This document shows positions 1 through 7,675 of a stretch of 19,093 bases of DNA, in pieces (position 1 is the first letter of the stretch; every line of letters starts with the position of its first letter). The notes under the pieces were generated by a model, which was not told the origin of the DNA, did no database searches, and worked only from the letters and a program-made list of their open reading frames with translations. The translations under genes were made by a program, and so were the position numbers. Origin of the DNA: a virus (lineage: Duplodnaviria; Heunggongvirae; Uroviricota; Caudoviricetes); IMG/VR virus record IMGVR_UViG_2531839527_000011; one strand, written 5' to 3'.

Positions 1-1119
1 TCAAATAACCAACTTAACCCATTCCTGACCTCGAGTATCGTTATAGCGGTCGGTGGTTGCTTGGACTTTATGTCCTAGTAATGTTTTTGTATCGATACCC
101 TGTGCACGGTACAGCCGTTCTGATAGAGAACGTTGTTCATGAAATGTTGGCGGAGTTTTTCCTGCTGGTGGAATTATCCCAGCCAGCTCCCGTGCTTTGG
201 CAAAGTAGTCGCTCAGGTTGTCTTTACTCATCGGCTTTGGTTGTTTCTGGTGCCGACTATGGATTAGATATGGACTTAATATTCTGTCTCGGCACCCATC
301 AATAACTTCTTTTAACGTTATCCCAATGGCATCACAGCGTAGTGTAAGCGGTAACGCCAGACGCATTCCGGTTTTTCCCTGGGTGATATGTAAGTGTTCG
401 TTCCACACATCCGAAAAACGCATGTGGCAAATGTCATCACGGCGCTGACCAGTGACAATCGCAAGAAGCATTGCGTTACGGATAAAGTGTTTTTCAGGTG
501 TTGCGTTGTATATTTTTTGCCAGTCTTCCAGGGTGAGCCTGGCTCTGGTTACTTTAGGGATCGGTTTACGGGTAGCCTCCGGAGGATTCCATCCAGGAGG
601 AACTTCCCCTGCATGCTGTGCTTCTTTATAAATATCAACCCATAATCCGCGATTTACTCTCGCTGTACTGACCATGTCTTTATCCAGCCACTCATCCAGT
701 ATTAATGCAAAGTCTCTTACTTCCAGTTCTTTCAATGGGTGGTTTCCCAGACGGGAAACCAGATATGCAGCCATTCGAGTTTTTTCTTTGTGAGTTGTAG
801 CTGCAATATCTCCATTTTTCAGTCGCGTGTCCTGTATTTTCAGATATCGATCAACCCATGCCTTTAATCTGATACCCCGACGTTTTGTTGCTGACGGACT
901 TTCATCAATTTTGCGCATGAAATATTCAGCTTCTGCTGCAGCTATTCGCTGATTGGCTGTGGAAGCGATTTTTTCTTCCTTACCTTTGTCTGTTCCGAGT
1001 CCGTGAAATTTTCCAGTCACAGGGTTTTTATACTGGTAGTAAACCTTGCCAGTTCTGCGATCAAACTTTTCGTAAAGACCGGCTACGTCAGTGCTGTTTT
1101 TTCGTGGCCTCGGTGACAT
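1..1119 (-). CDS. int: Lambda-family tyrosine integrase (372 aa)
   Basis: Full ORF on minus strand with stop at window position 1-3. Translation aligns along its length with lambda Int as I recall it (e.g. AIVTGQRRDDICHMRFSD vs lambda AVVTGQRVGDLCEMKWSD; PPTFHEQRSLSERLY vs PTFHELRSLSARLY; C-terminal RGQEWVKLVI vs RGREWDKIEI). AAGGAG-like RBS upstream of the ATG at 1119. Confidence 0.9.
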   Translation of the reverse strand: MSPRPRKNSTDVAGLYEKFDRRTGKVYYQYKNPVTGKFHGLGTDKGKEEKIASTANQRIAAAEAEYFMRKIDESPSATKRRGIRLKAWVDRYLKIQDTRLKNGDIAATTHKEKTRMAAYLVSRLGNHPLKELEVRDFALILDEWLDKDMVSTARVNRGLWVDIYKEAQHAGEVPPGWNPPEATRKPIPKVTRARLTLEDWQKIYNATPEKHFIRNAMLLAIVTGQRRDDICHMRFSDVWNEHLHITQGKTGMRLALPLTLRCDAIGITLKEVIDGCRDRILSPYLIHSRHQKQPKPMSKDNLSDYFAKARELAGIIPPAGKTPPTFHEQRSLSERLYRAQGIDTKTLLGHKVQATTDRYNDTRGQEWVKLVI

Positions 1120-1357
1120 GAGTTAAAATCTCCTTCAGTGCATCATCATCGCCAGTATGAATTTCCGGCGCAATTCCCGTTTCACCAGGCCCAACAAATA
1201 CTGCTCGGCGATCTATCAGCCAACGCCCACGAATTTTTTGTGGTCTTGGAACGATGTATCCTAGTTTTCCGTATTTCACCAGGGTAGTGTTTGTTATTGG
1301 GAGACTGAACCGTTTTGGTTTCCATTCGTCGAGCGTTATCAGGTACTGTTCGCTCAT
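1088..1357 (-). CDS. xis: Excisionase (Xis-like), 89 aa from the internal ATG
   Basis: Immediately upstream of int and overlapping its start by about 30 nt, as in lambda. N-terminus YLITLDEW resembles lambda Xis YLTLQEW. GGAG 9 nt upstream of the ATG at 1357. Confidence 0.7.
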   Translation of the reverse strand: MSEQYLITLDEWKPKRFSLPITNTTLVKYGKLGYIVPRPQKIRGRWLIDRRAVFVGPGETGIAPEIHTGDDDALKEILTHVTEATKKQH

Positions 1358-1418
1358 GGCTATCACTCCGGAACGCGCCAGTTGCAGAATATCAACGATA
1401 ACTGGCGACGGTTGAACA

Positions 1419-2917
1419 TTAAAAATCAGCCTGATTCGGGATCAGTTTTTGCCAGATAGCTGAAACGTATTTTGCCTGGTGACGAGCGTCATCAAGTGCA
1501 TTATGGCGCTCACCTTCGAATGGAATAGCCGTTCTGGCATCGAAGTCTATGGCTTTCCCCAGCTCAACGATTGTGCGTACATCGCGATCGTTGTGTAACG
1601 CCACGGGCAGGGGATCCCCTGCCGTTCGTATGAACGGCGCAAAATCGTGTTGTCGAAGTTGGCTCCATTTCCCCAGACCTGAACAAAAAATTCACCGGAG
1701 TTTTCGTCGATAAATTCCCGCAATTGTAACAGTGCATCATCTAACGGGATTTCATCGGTCATAATGGCAGATTGCGCTTCGCGTGATTGCTTAAGCCACC
1801 ATTTAATGGTGTCCCGATCAATGACTCCGCCAGCAGTTTCCAGATCGATAGTCTTACTAAATTCCGGTCCCATATCTCCGGTTTGCGGATCGAAAAATAT
1901 TGCACCTATTGAGATAATCGGGGCATCGGGATTTTTTCCCATGGTTTCAAGGTCGATCATCAGATGAATCCCCGCTCTGCTGGTGGATGTGAGATTATGA
2001 TGACCGTTCGCCTTAATTAAGGGATCTGACGCCTCGCCAGTTTCACTATCGCTGGCATGATGCTGATTGCCGCCAGTGTTCTCCTTGTGCTGATGCGCAG
2101 TGCCTTCCATTTCCTCCGGATCATTTTCCTGAACTTCAGGCTGATTCTCTCCATCGAATATTTCCTGGTATGTTGCGTCCCCCATCACCGCACCACAATC
2201 AGGGCAGTTGCCGCCACCGCTCTGACCGCAGGCGGTGCAGATCTTTTCCGGTTCCTGTTGCACTACTGGTTCAGGTTGTTTCGTTTCTGGCTCGTTTTGT
2301 TGCGTATTTGGGCTGTTTTGTTCCGCTTTCTGGTCGTTCTGTTCCGTTTCTTGCTGGTTCTGGTTCACAGAATCGCGGGTTTCAATCCCCTTCACCCATT
2401 TCGGATCATTCGGGTCGCTAATCCCTTCAATAAATTCACCACGTGATGCAGCAAGCAACTTATCGGCGTCAGGCTGGCTGATATTGGCTGCCTGCATAAT
2501 TTTGTTTACTTCGTCAGCGGTAACTTTTACCGGTTCTGGCTGTGCGGTCGTGTCAGATGCACCAGTATTTTGTTGTGAACCTGAGCATGTACTGTTTTTG
2601 CGGGCGAAATATTCTTCTTTCGTGATTTCAGTAGCCCCGGCAGCCAGCGCCTTATCCAGACCAGAAAGTTTGTTTGCGCGACCGTATTTTTCGCCATCCT
2701 TGTCGGTGAAGAGGAAGTAGAACGGCCCCTCACGCTCTACAGATGGTTCGACTTCCACTTTGCATTCGGTTTTTTCGTTGTCCGGAATTGCCGTTTCCAC
2801 TGCATCAGTTTCTGGTACTGGCGACGAGAGAGTATCAGTTGCGCTCTGATTTGTTCCTTCATCTTCAAACACGCCCTTTGTAGTCAGGTATTCAGTAATG
2901 TATTTGTTCAGTGCCAC
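1419..2917 (-). pseudogene. DnaQ-like DEDDh 3'-5' exonuclease domain protein with a long low-complexity N-terminal region; exonuclease domain split across two frames
   Basis: ORF 1547..2917 carries Exo I-like (HLMIDLETMG) and Exo II-like (VWGNGANFDNTIL) motifs and ends WGKP*. Overlapping ORF 1419..1604 in another frame carries the Exo III-like motif HNALDDARHQAKYV. Adding one G to the G4 run (minus strand, plus coordinates 1557-1560) restores a continuous reading ...SLSWGKAIDFDARTAIPFEGERHNALDDARHQ.... Apparent GTG start at 2917. Confidence 0.6.
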
Positions 2918-3101
2918 AGGTCTTTGTGAATGTCGATCGGACGTTCACGACAAGGCCAAAAATAGTCTGGCGGTCGTAGCGAAGGGCATCAGGCTGTTTG
3001 CGCATTGATGCCGAGATACGCTTCCAGTCTTCGCGGTCGTTGTCGATAACTTCATTTTTTGCCCAGCGATGGATGCTGCCGTCAATGTTTCCGGCATCCA
3101 C
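2892..3101 (-). CDS. Small hypothetical ORF (69 aa), possibly a frameshift fragment of a neighbouring gene
   Basis: ORF in the six-frame track. It overlaps the end of ORF 3103..3885 by one base and the start of the exonuclease ORF by 26 nt. GTG start; no recognisable motif. Confidence 0.25.
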   Translation of the reverse strand: MDAGNIDGSIHRWAKNEVIDNDREDWKRISASMRKQPDALRYDRQTIFGLVVNVRSTFTKTCGTEQIHY

Positions 3102-3102
3102 A

Positions 3103-3885
3103 TCACCAGGCCAGAGAGCGTAGGCCAGTTCTCATCCAGTGTTTTCCATGTCTGCTTGTATTCGCGATGAATGGCAGCAATGACCGGGTTGATTTTTCCT
3201 GTTGAATTTTCAGTGTCTGTTGATTGGCTCTGGCGCGGGCGAGATCAACAACAGACGTGTATTTTCCGGTTTCCTTGCGTTCACCTTCGCGACGTTTTTT
3301 CCAGATGCGCATCTCTGCCTGAATTTCGGGCCATTTGGCACCAGGCTTACATTTATGCTTAACCCACCCGATGGCATGCAGCTTAAGCTCCGGATACATG
3401 GCGTTAACTTCTGGCATTTTCATCAACGCTTCAACGATATGTCCGTCGAATGTTGCCATGTCTTCCTGCAACAATTCCTGCGCGCTAATCACCATATCAA
3501 CGGTGATGTTTTCACATGTGTCGAACTTAACCATGACAGCGTTCTGTACTTCAGGGGCCAGCTTGTCAAAAGTGACGTTCATCGGATCTGATTCAGTCTC
3601 AACCGGGACAAAGGAAGCAGACTCCTCATCCCAGCGGTTTTCCTGCATATATTCAGCATCCCAGGAATCGAGGGCAGGGCGGGGTATACCGGGTTTATCC
3701 TCGCAAACAAGAAATTTATAAGCGCAGTCCTGAGCAGCCGGATAATGTTCCAGGAATTGCCAGTGAAATTTTGCGCGGGCGCGACGTTCATCACCAGCTT
3801 CAATGGCAGTGGCTACAGCGACGGCACCTTCTTCCTTTATTGCCTGTTCGTCCGGAATGGCGGCGCAAATAAAGACTTTACTCAT
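3103..3885 (-). CDS. Hypothetical early-left region protein (260 aa)
   Basis: Long minus-strand ORF co-oriented with the int-proximal early operon. No motif I can assign. C-terminal approximately 50 residues look low-complexity and may be out of frame. Confidence 0.5.
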   Translation of the reverse strand: MSKVFICAAIPDEQAIKEEGAVAVATAIEAGDERRARAKFHWQFLEHYPAAQDCAYKFLVCEDKPGIPRPALDSWDAEYMQENRWDEESASFVPVETESDPMNVTFDKLAPEVQNAVMVKFDTCENITVDMVISAQELLQEDMATFDGHIVEALMKMPEVNAMYPELKLHAIGWVKHKCKPGAKWPEIQAEMRIWKKRREGERKETGKYTSVVDLARARANQQTLKIQQEKSTRSLLPFIANTSRHGKHWMRTGLRSLAW

Positions 3886-3965
3886 TTTGTTTTAACCTCA
3901 TTACAGATTTAAGGATGAACAAATCCCTGCCATTGCTGGCATATAAAAATGAAACCGGATATTAA

Positions 3966-4169
3966 TTACGGTGCTGTTTTAAGTCCTGCCGGGATTTCGT
4001 TATTATCCTGGTGAATAACTTTATCGACCGGATAACAGTTACCGGGAATTTTCTGCTCCACTGCGGCAACCATGCATTCTTTCATTGAGCCGTATACGCC
4101 AGTAACCATGTCAACCGGTTCACCGGAAACAAGAAAAACCGTCAGAACAAGTGCAAATGTAGTATTCAT
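3966..4169 (-). CDS. Small protein with N-terminal hydrophobic/signal-like segment (YdfD-like), 67 aa
   Basis: MNTTFALVLTVFLVSGEPV... hydrophobic N-terminus. Start overlaps the dicB-like stop in an ATGA arrangement. Position immediately downstream of dicB matches the Qin prophage gene order as I recall it. Confidence 0.5.
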   Translation of the reverse strand: MNTTFALVLTVFLVSGEPVDMVTGVYGSMKECMVAAVEQKIPGNCYPVDKVIHQDNNEIPAGLKTAP

Positions 4170-4354
4170 TGCCAGCATCCTTTTTGCATCAGGCGTAAAC
4201 GGGCCAGCATTGAAACAATGCATATTTTATCCAATAGCTCCCGTTCTTGTTTCCTCTTGTTAATGGCATCTTCAGTAAATACTGGGTTACTGATAGTGAC
4301 ACCAATTTCAAAACAACCTTCAGACGTATTAACGTTTGGTAATAACGTTTTCAT
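4166..4354 (-). CDS. dicB: Cell-division inhibitor DicB-like protein (62 aa)
   Basis: Internal ATG at 4354 with GAGGG RBS 8 nt upstream gives a 62-aa product MKTLLPNVNTSEGCFEIGVTISNPVFTEDAINKRKQERELLDKICIVSMLARLRLMQKGCWQ. This matches my recollection of E. coli DicB in both length and sequence. A dicF-like sequence lies directly upstream. Confidence 0.7.
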   Translation of the reverse strand: MKTLLPNVNTSEGCFEIGVTISNPVFTEDAINKRKQERELLDKICIVSMLARLRLMQKGCWQ

Positions 4355-4523
4355 TATCGCACCCTCAACAATGAATTTTGTGATGCGGTGCCTGGTGCCT
4401 CCAGGTGACGTTAACCAGTTAACAATTAACGCCGGATACAGAGAACCCATCCATAACACTGTTTTTGGTTTTAACTGTTCCGCGTGCGCTCAGCCGCATT
4501 CACCGCATCACAAAATTCACTTT

Positions 4524-4582
4524 AAAAAGGGCAGCAGAGCAGTCACGGAGTAAAACTGATACCACCAAACGTCACCAGAAAA
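4524..4582 (-). ncRNA. dicF: DicF-like small RNA
   Basis: Minus-strand sequence TTTTCTGGTGACGTTTGGTGGTATCAGTTTTACTCCGTGACTGCTCTGCTGCCCTTTTT is near-identical to the DicF sRNA as I remember it, ends in a T-run, and sits just upstream of dicB as in Qin. The plus-strand ORF 4583..4819 begins immediately beyond the 5' end of this call and is treated as non-coding. Confidence 0.65.
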
Positions 4583-4916
4583 TTGATAACAGAGGGCGTT
4601 GCAGCGGGGTTGTCACTTAAGCGTATGGTCAACCTGGCAACCCGGTGTCTCAATGGGGGAGGAATAACCCCGCCATACTTACCGCCGCGCCATTTCGCGG
4701 AGTGCCACAACCGGAAGCGCACGGTCGAATTAAATTTAACGACACCGTACAGTGAGACGAACTTCGCCGTGCGCTTTCGCGTTATGCCCTGGCTTTTCAG
4801 GGATATATCCTTTCAGTAAACTGTCAGTACCGGATTCTTATCCGTGTCCGGCGCACGACCACACGTGGCAGCGTGTTGGTCTCCATTTTTAACCCAGAAC
4901 CTCAATGGAGGATAAA

Positions 4917-5126
4917 ATGCCAAACAAAAAAAGAAATCCGCTTATTGAAAAACAGATTGAATGCCTGGTAAATCAACTCAGGCAATCAGGGTTATTAAAA
5001 ACTCATTCAGAGTTGAGGCTCACAGAATCAGCATTCGACGATAAATTAAATAATGTCCTTTATAATGGCATTATTGATTTTAATCGTTCAGTTGGTCGCC
5101 TCGGCCCTGCTGGTGTTTCCTTATAA
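4917..5126 (+). CDS. Hypothetical small protein (69 aa), AT-rich, convergent on the dicB operon
   Basis: ATG at 4917 preceded by a strong RBS (GGAGG, 5-nt spacer). Its stop codon (5124-5126) directly abuts the stop of the convergent 212-aa gene (5127-5129). Confidence 0.4.
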   Translation: MPNKKRNPLIEKQIECLVNQLRQSGLLKTHSELRLTESAFDDKLNNVLYNGIIDFNRSVGRLGPAGVSL

Positions 5127-5765
5127 TTACCAGTCAATCCAGAGCGGACCGTGTTCAGCGTAAATATAACTGTACACATCCAGATTATATTTGTGGTCTG
5201 TTAAGAACAGGCCGCAAATACATGCCGAAGCTTCCAGGGCAGCGGCTCTGTTACTGAATAACCATGTGGCAACATTCCAGCGTTTTTCTGCATCCCAGTC
5301 TTTCTCAAGGCCTGATACCATGAAGAAACCGTTAGTGTTGCCATCAAATAATTCTGTTTCCAGATTTTTAAGCAATGCCTGATGGACTCTTGCCAGGTAT
5401 TCCGCCGGAATTTCGCCACGAATTCTGATGAGATTGTCATAAACAAACATGTTCCCCGCATATGGCGATTTTTCTTTCTTGTTTTTTAAACCAGCATCAT
5501 GAGCAAACTGATCAATTTCTTCTTCCGTTGGTTTCGTATTGATGTTTTGCGCTGTCGTTTCTGCAATTTTATTTGCCACACTATCTGAGTCGTGTTTATT
5601 TACAGACGCACAGAAATACAATCCGGTAAACGCATCGCGCACATTACGAGCCATATTATCAGTGTCTTTTTTCGTTACCGATTCCAATGCAAGTTCGTTC
5701 AGACGATGACGAAGTGTGTGTGCTGCAATCTCCTGGATTGAAGTAGGTAAATCTTTAAATTCCAT
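5127..5765 (-). CDS. Hypothetical protein of the dicB operon (212 aa from MEFKDL; ydfB/ydfC-position protein)
   Basis: Long minus-strand ORF directly downstream of the ydfA-like gene. GAGG RBS 6 nt upstream of the ATG at 5765. An alternative ATG at 5777 overlaps the upstream stop (ATGA). No catalytic motif recognised. Confidence 0.6.
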   Translation of the reverse strand: MEFKDLPTSIQEIAAHTLRHRLNELALESVTKKDTDNMARNVRDAFTGLYFCASVNKHDSDSVANKIAETTAQNINTKPTEEEIDQFAHDAGLKNKKEKSPYAGNMFVYDNLIRIRGEIPAEYLARVHQALLKNLETELFDGNTNGFFMVSGLEKDWDAEKRWNVATWLFSNRAAALEASACICGLFLTDHKYNLDVYSYIYAEHGPLWIDW

Positions 5766-5776
5766 CGTCAACCTCA

Positions 5777-5929
5777 TCAGTCAGAGTTTCTTGCTAACCA
5801 GCGATGCGCGCCAGCTTCGGTTTTAAACGTTTTGCTTTTGGTATACGTCATCGCGGTGAACGTGCCGTCCTGGTTGGGAAACACGCCGCACACCAGAGAT
5901 TCGTTGTTGCCAAGATCGATAGTATCCAT
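5777..5929 (-). CDS. YdfA-like small protein (DUF1391-like), 50 aa
   Basis: MDTIDLGNNESLVCGVFPNQDGTFTAMTYTKSKTFKTEAGAHRWLARNSD resembles my recollection of E. coli YdfA. GAGG RBS 7 nt upstream of the ATG at 5929. First gene of the leftward operon. Confidence 0.55.
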   Translation of the reverse strand: MDTIDLGNNESLVCGVFPNQDGTFTAMTYTKSKTFKTEAGAHRWLARNSD

Positions 5930-6221
5930 GTTGACCTCATTTCCCCTTAACGCCGGGGTAGCGGAACAAAAACCTGCTGCATAGTTATTAAAGTTGAACC
6001 CTGCCGTCATGTTCTTACGCCTCGGGCTGGCTACTTACCCCCTGACCACTGCCGGGTAACTCGAAGTATTGCCCTGCATTCTGTGGGGTGGAGTGAGGGA
6101 ATGAATGAGGTTTAGAAAAATGAACTTTACAGGTCAATGTTTTTTTATCAAAACATTTTAAGCAGGCAGCTGTTAAGCCATCACCACGATGGCATACAGT
6201 TAATCAAATAGATGAGGTTGG

Positions 6222-6860
6222 TTAAATATCTTGTTGAATTTTAAAGCATACGCCCAATATGCAAGATAGATCATCCAGCATAATTGAAGGGTAGCGAGGA
6301 TTCGTGGGGACTAAAAGAATATCCGGCCCTTCTATCTCCAGTTTACGAATGACAGGTGTTGTGGTCCCTTTGGGTAAGGCAAGGACAATATTTCCTGGTT
6401 GTACGGTTCGATCGGGATCAACAAAAACTGTTGAACCATTTGGGATGGAAACTCCCCCACCAGATGTTGACATACTGTCACTCTCTAGAACAACTGCAAA
6501 GGTATTGGCCGGGATTTCTCCGACAAGCTGCACACAAGAGGTTATTGAGGAATTTTTCATATAATCACTCCAGCTTGCTGCCTGCTGAAGTGATAGTAGC
6601 GGAACCGTTTTTATCGGCGGTAAAGATAGATCAAGCGAATCACCTGTATTTAACTCTCCTCCATTAAGAAGCCAATTTTCGTTTACTTTCAATATCTTTG
6701 CCAGTGAACTTATGTAACGCGAGGACGGCGCTCCTCCACCGTTCATCCATTGACTTACGGAGCCTTTTGATGCGCCAGTGGCATTGACAAGGTCTTTGCC
6801 TTTCAGGTTTAGCGCATGCATACGTTGGGTTATGCGTTCAGATATTGTTTGCTTGCTCAT
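6222..6860 (-). CDS. CI-like prophage repressor (N-terminal HTH, C-terminal S24/LexA-like autopeptidase domain), 212 aa
   Basis: N-terminal HTH-like region (LKGKDLVNATGASKGSVSQWMNG). C-terminal domain has a Ser in a DSMS context and a Lys in VIRKLE at the spacing expected for an S24 Ser-Lys dyad. Divergent from the Cro-like gene. No SD sequence upstream of the ATG, suggesting a leaderless mRNA. Confidence 0.85.
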   Translation of the reverse strand: MSKQTISERITQRMHALNLKGKDLVNATGASKGSVSQWMNGGGAPSSRYISSLAKILKVNENWLLNGGELNTGDSLDLSLPPIKTVPLLSLQQAASWSDYMKNSSITSCVQLVGEIPANTFAVVLESDSMSTSGGGVSIPNGSTVFVDPDRTVQPGNIVLALPKGTTTPVIRKLEIEGPDILLVPTNPRYPSIMLDDLSCILGVCFKIQQDI

Positions 6861-6951
6861 GTTTTGATTTTAAAACACAGATGGTTTTGTTTCTTGACTT
6901 TCTTTGGTTTTGATTATTAAACTTTTGGCGTTCAGTTTTATGGAGCGACTC
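6861..6951. promoter_or_regulatory. Immunity-region operator/promoter region between the CI-like and Cro-like genes
   Basis: Three GTTTTG(A/T)TT repeats at 6861, 6884 and 6907, 23 bp apart. TTGACT -35-like hexamer at 6893-6898 oriented toward cro. 8-bp palindrome TTTTAAAA at 6867-6874. Confidence 0.5.
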
Positions 6952-7182
6952 ATGAAAAAATCAGAAGTATTAGGCTATTTTGGCGGAGTTGTTAAAACAG
7001 CCGCAGTTCTAGGAACGTCAAAAACCACAGTCAGCATGTGGGGGGAAGAGGTTCCGTGGAAATGGGCGTTGCTAATTCAGGCAGTCACTGCCGGGGCGCT
7101 CAAATATGAGTTACACATACCGACGGTTGTCATTCCCGGTTCTGATCATAATCCGCCTTCTAACCAAGGGGGGGATTCATGA
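6952..7182 (+). CDS. Cro/YdaS-like small HTH regulator (76 aa)
   Basis: ATG at 6952 with GGAG RBS. Small size and position divergent from the repressor. HTH-like segment VVKTAAVLGTSKTTVSMW. Stop overlaps the next start (ATGA). Confidence 0.7.
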   Translation: MKKSEVLGYFGGVVKTAAVLGTSKTTVSMWGEEVPWKWALLIQAVTAGALKYELHIPTVVIPGSDHNPPSNQGGDS

Positions 7183-7604
7183 AAATCAAGCATGAACACA
7201 TCCGCATGGCGATGAATGCCTGGGCGCGTCCTGATGGCGAAAAAGTTCCAGCAGCTGGAATAACCCAGGCTTATTTTGAGTTGGGTATGACGTTCCCAGA
7301 ACTGTATGACGACAGCCATCCGGAAGCCCTGGCTCGCAATACCCAGAAAATTTTCCGCTGGATAGAGAAAGACACCCCTGATGCAGTTGAAAAAATTCAG
7401 GCGTTGTTACCAGCGATCGAAAAGGCAATGCCACCTTTGCTGGTGGCCAGAATGCGCAGCCACAGTTCAGCTTATTTTCGGGAGCTGGTGGAGACGCGGG
7501 AACGACTGGTGAGAGACGCTGATGATTTTGTCGCAGTGGCAATCGCCGGTTTCAATCAGATGAACCGTGGTGGCCCGGCAGGAAATGCTGTGGCAGTGCA
7601 TTGA
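7179..7604 (+). CDS. YdaT-family protein (CII-position regulator), 141 aa
   Basis: Translationally coupled to the Cro-like gene. N-terminus MKIKHEHI... matches the start of Rac YdaT-like proteins as I recall them. Confidence 0.55.
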   Translation: MKIKHEHIRMAMNAWARPDGEKVPAAGITQAYFELGMTFPELYDDSHPEALARNTQKIFRWIEKDTPDAVEKIQALLPAIEKAMPPLLVARMRSHSSAYFRELVETRERLVRDADDFVAVAIAGFNQMNRGGPAGNAVAVH

Positions 7605-7675
7605 GTGATAATAGCCATATCGAATCACTTCCGGCAACTCGTGAGTAAAAAGATTCGGTATCAGAAGAGGTGAGT

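Noticed and set aside
2057-2720. Plus-strand ORFs (2057..2446, 2170..2421, 2235..2720) with Cys- and Phe-rich translations
   Set aside because: They lie antisense to the low-complexity part of the exonuclease gene; their translations are repetitive and hydrophobic artefacts of the opposite-strand repeats, with no RBS support.
3171-3803. Plus-strand ORFs 3171..3362, 3202..3591, 3335..3721 and minus-strand ORF 3579..3803
   Set aside because: All fall inside the longer 3103..3885 minus-strand ORF, which is co-oriented with the early-left operon; no start-site support.
4583-4819. Plus-strand 78-aa ORF
   Set aside because: It begins immediately beyond the 5' end of the DicF-like sRNA call, runs opposite to the dicB operon, has no RBS, and its translation looks like GC-rich noise.
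5777-6010. Longer 77-aa form of the YdfA-like ORF, and the long forms of ORFs 3966..4223 and 4166..4459
   Set aside because: Internal ATGs with good RBSs (5929, 4169, 4354) give products matching the expected small proteins; the upstream extensions lack RBS support.
6304-6667. Plus-strand ORFs inside the repressor gene
   Set aside because: Antisense to a well-supported CI-like gene with HTH and S24 motifs.
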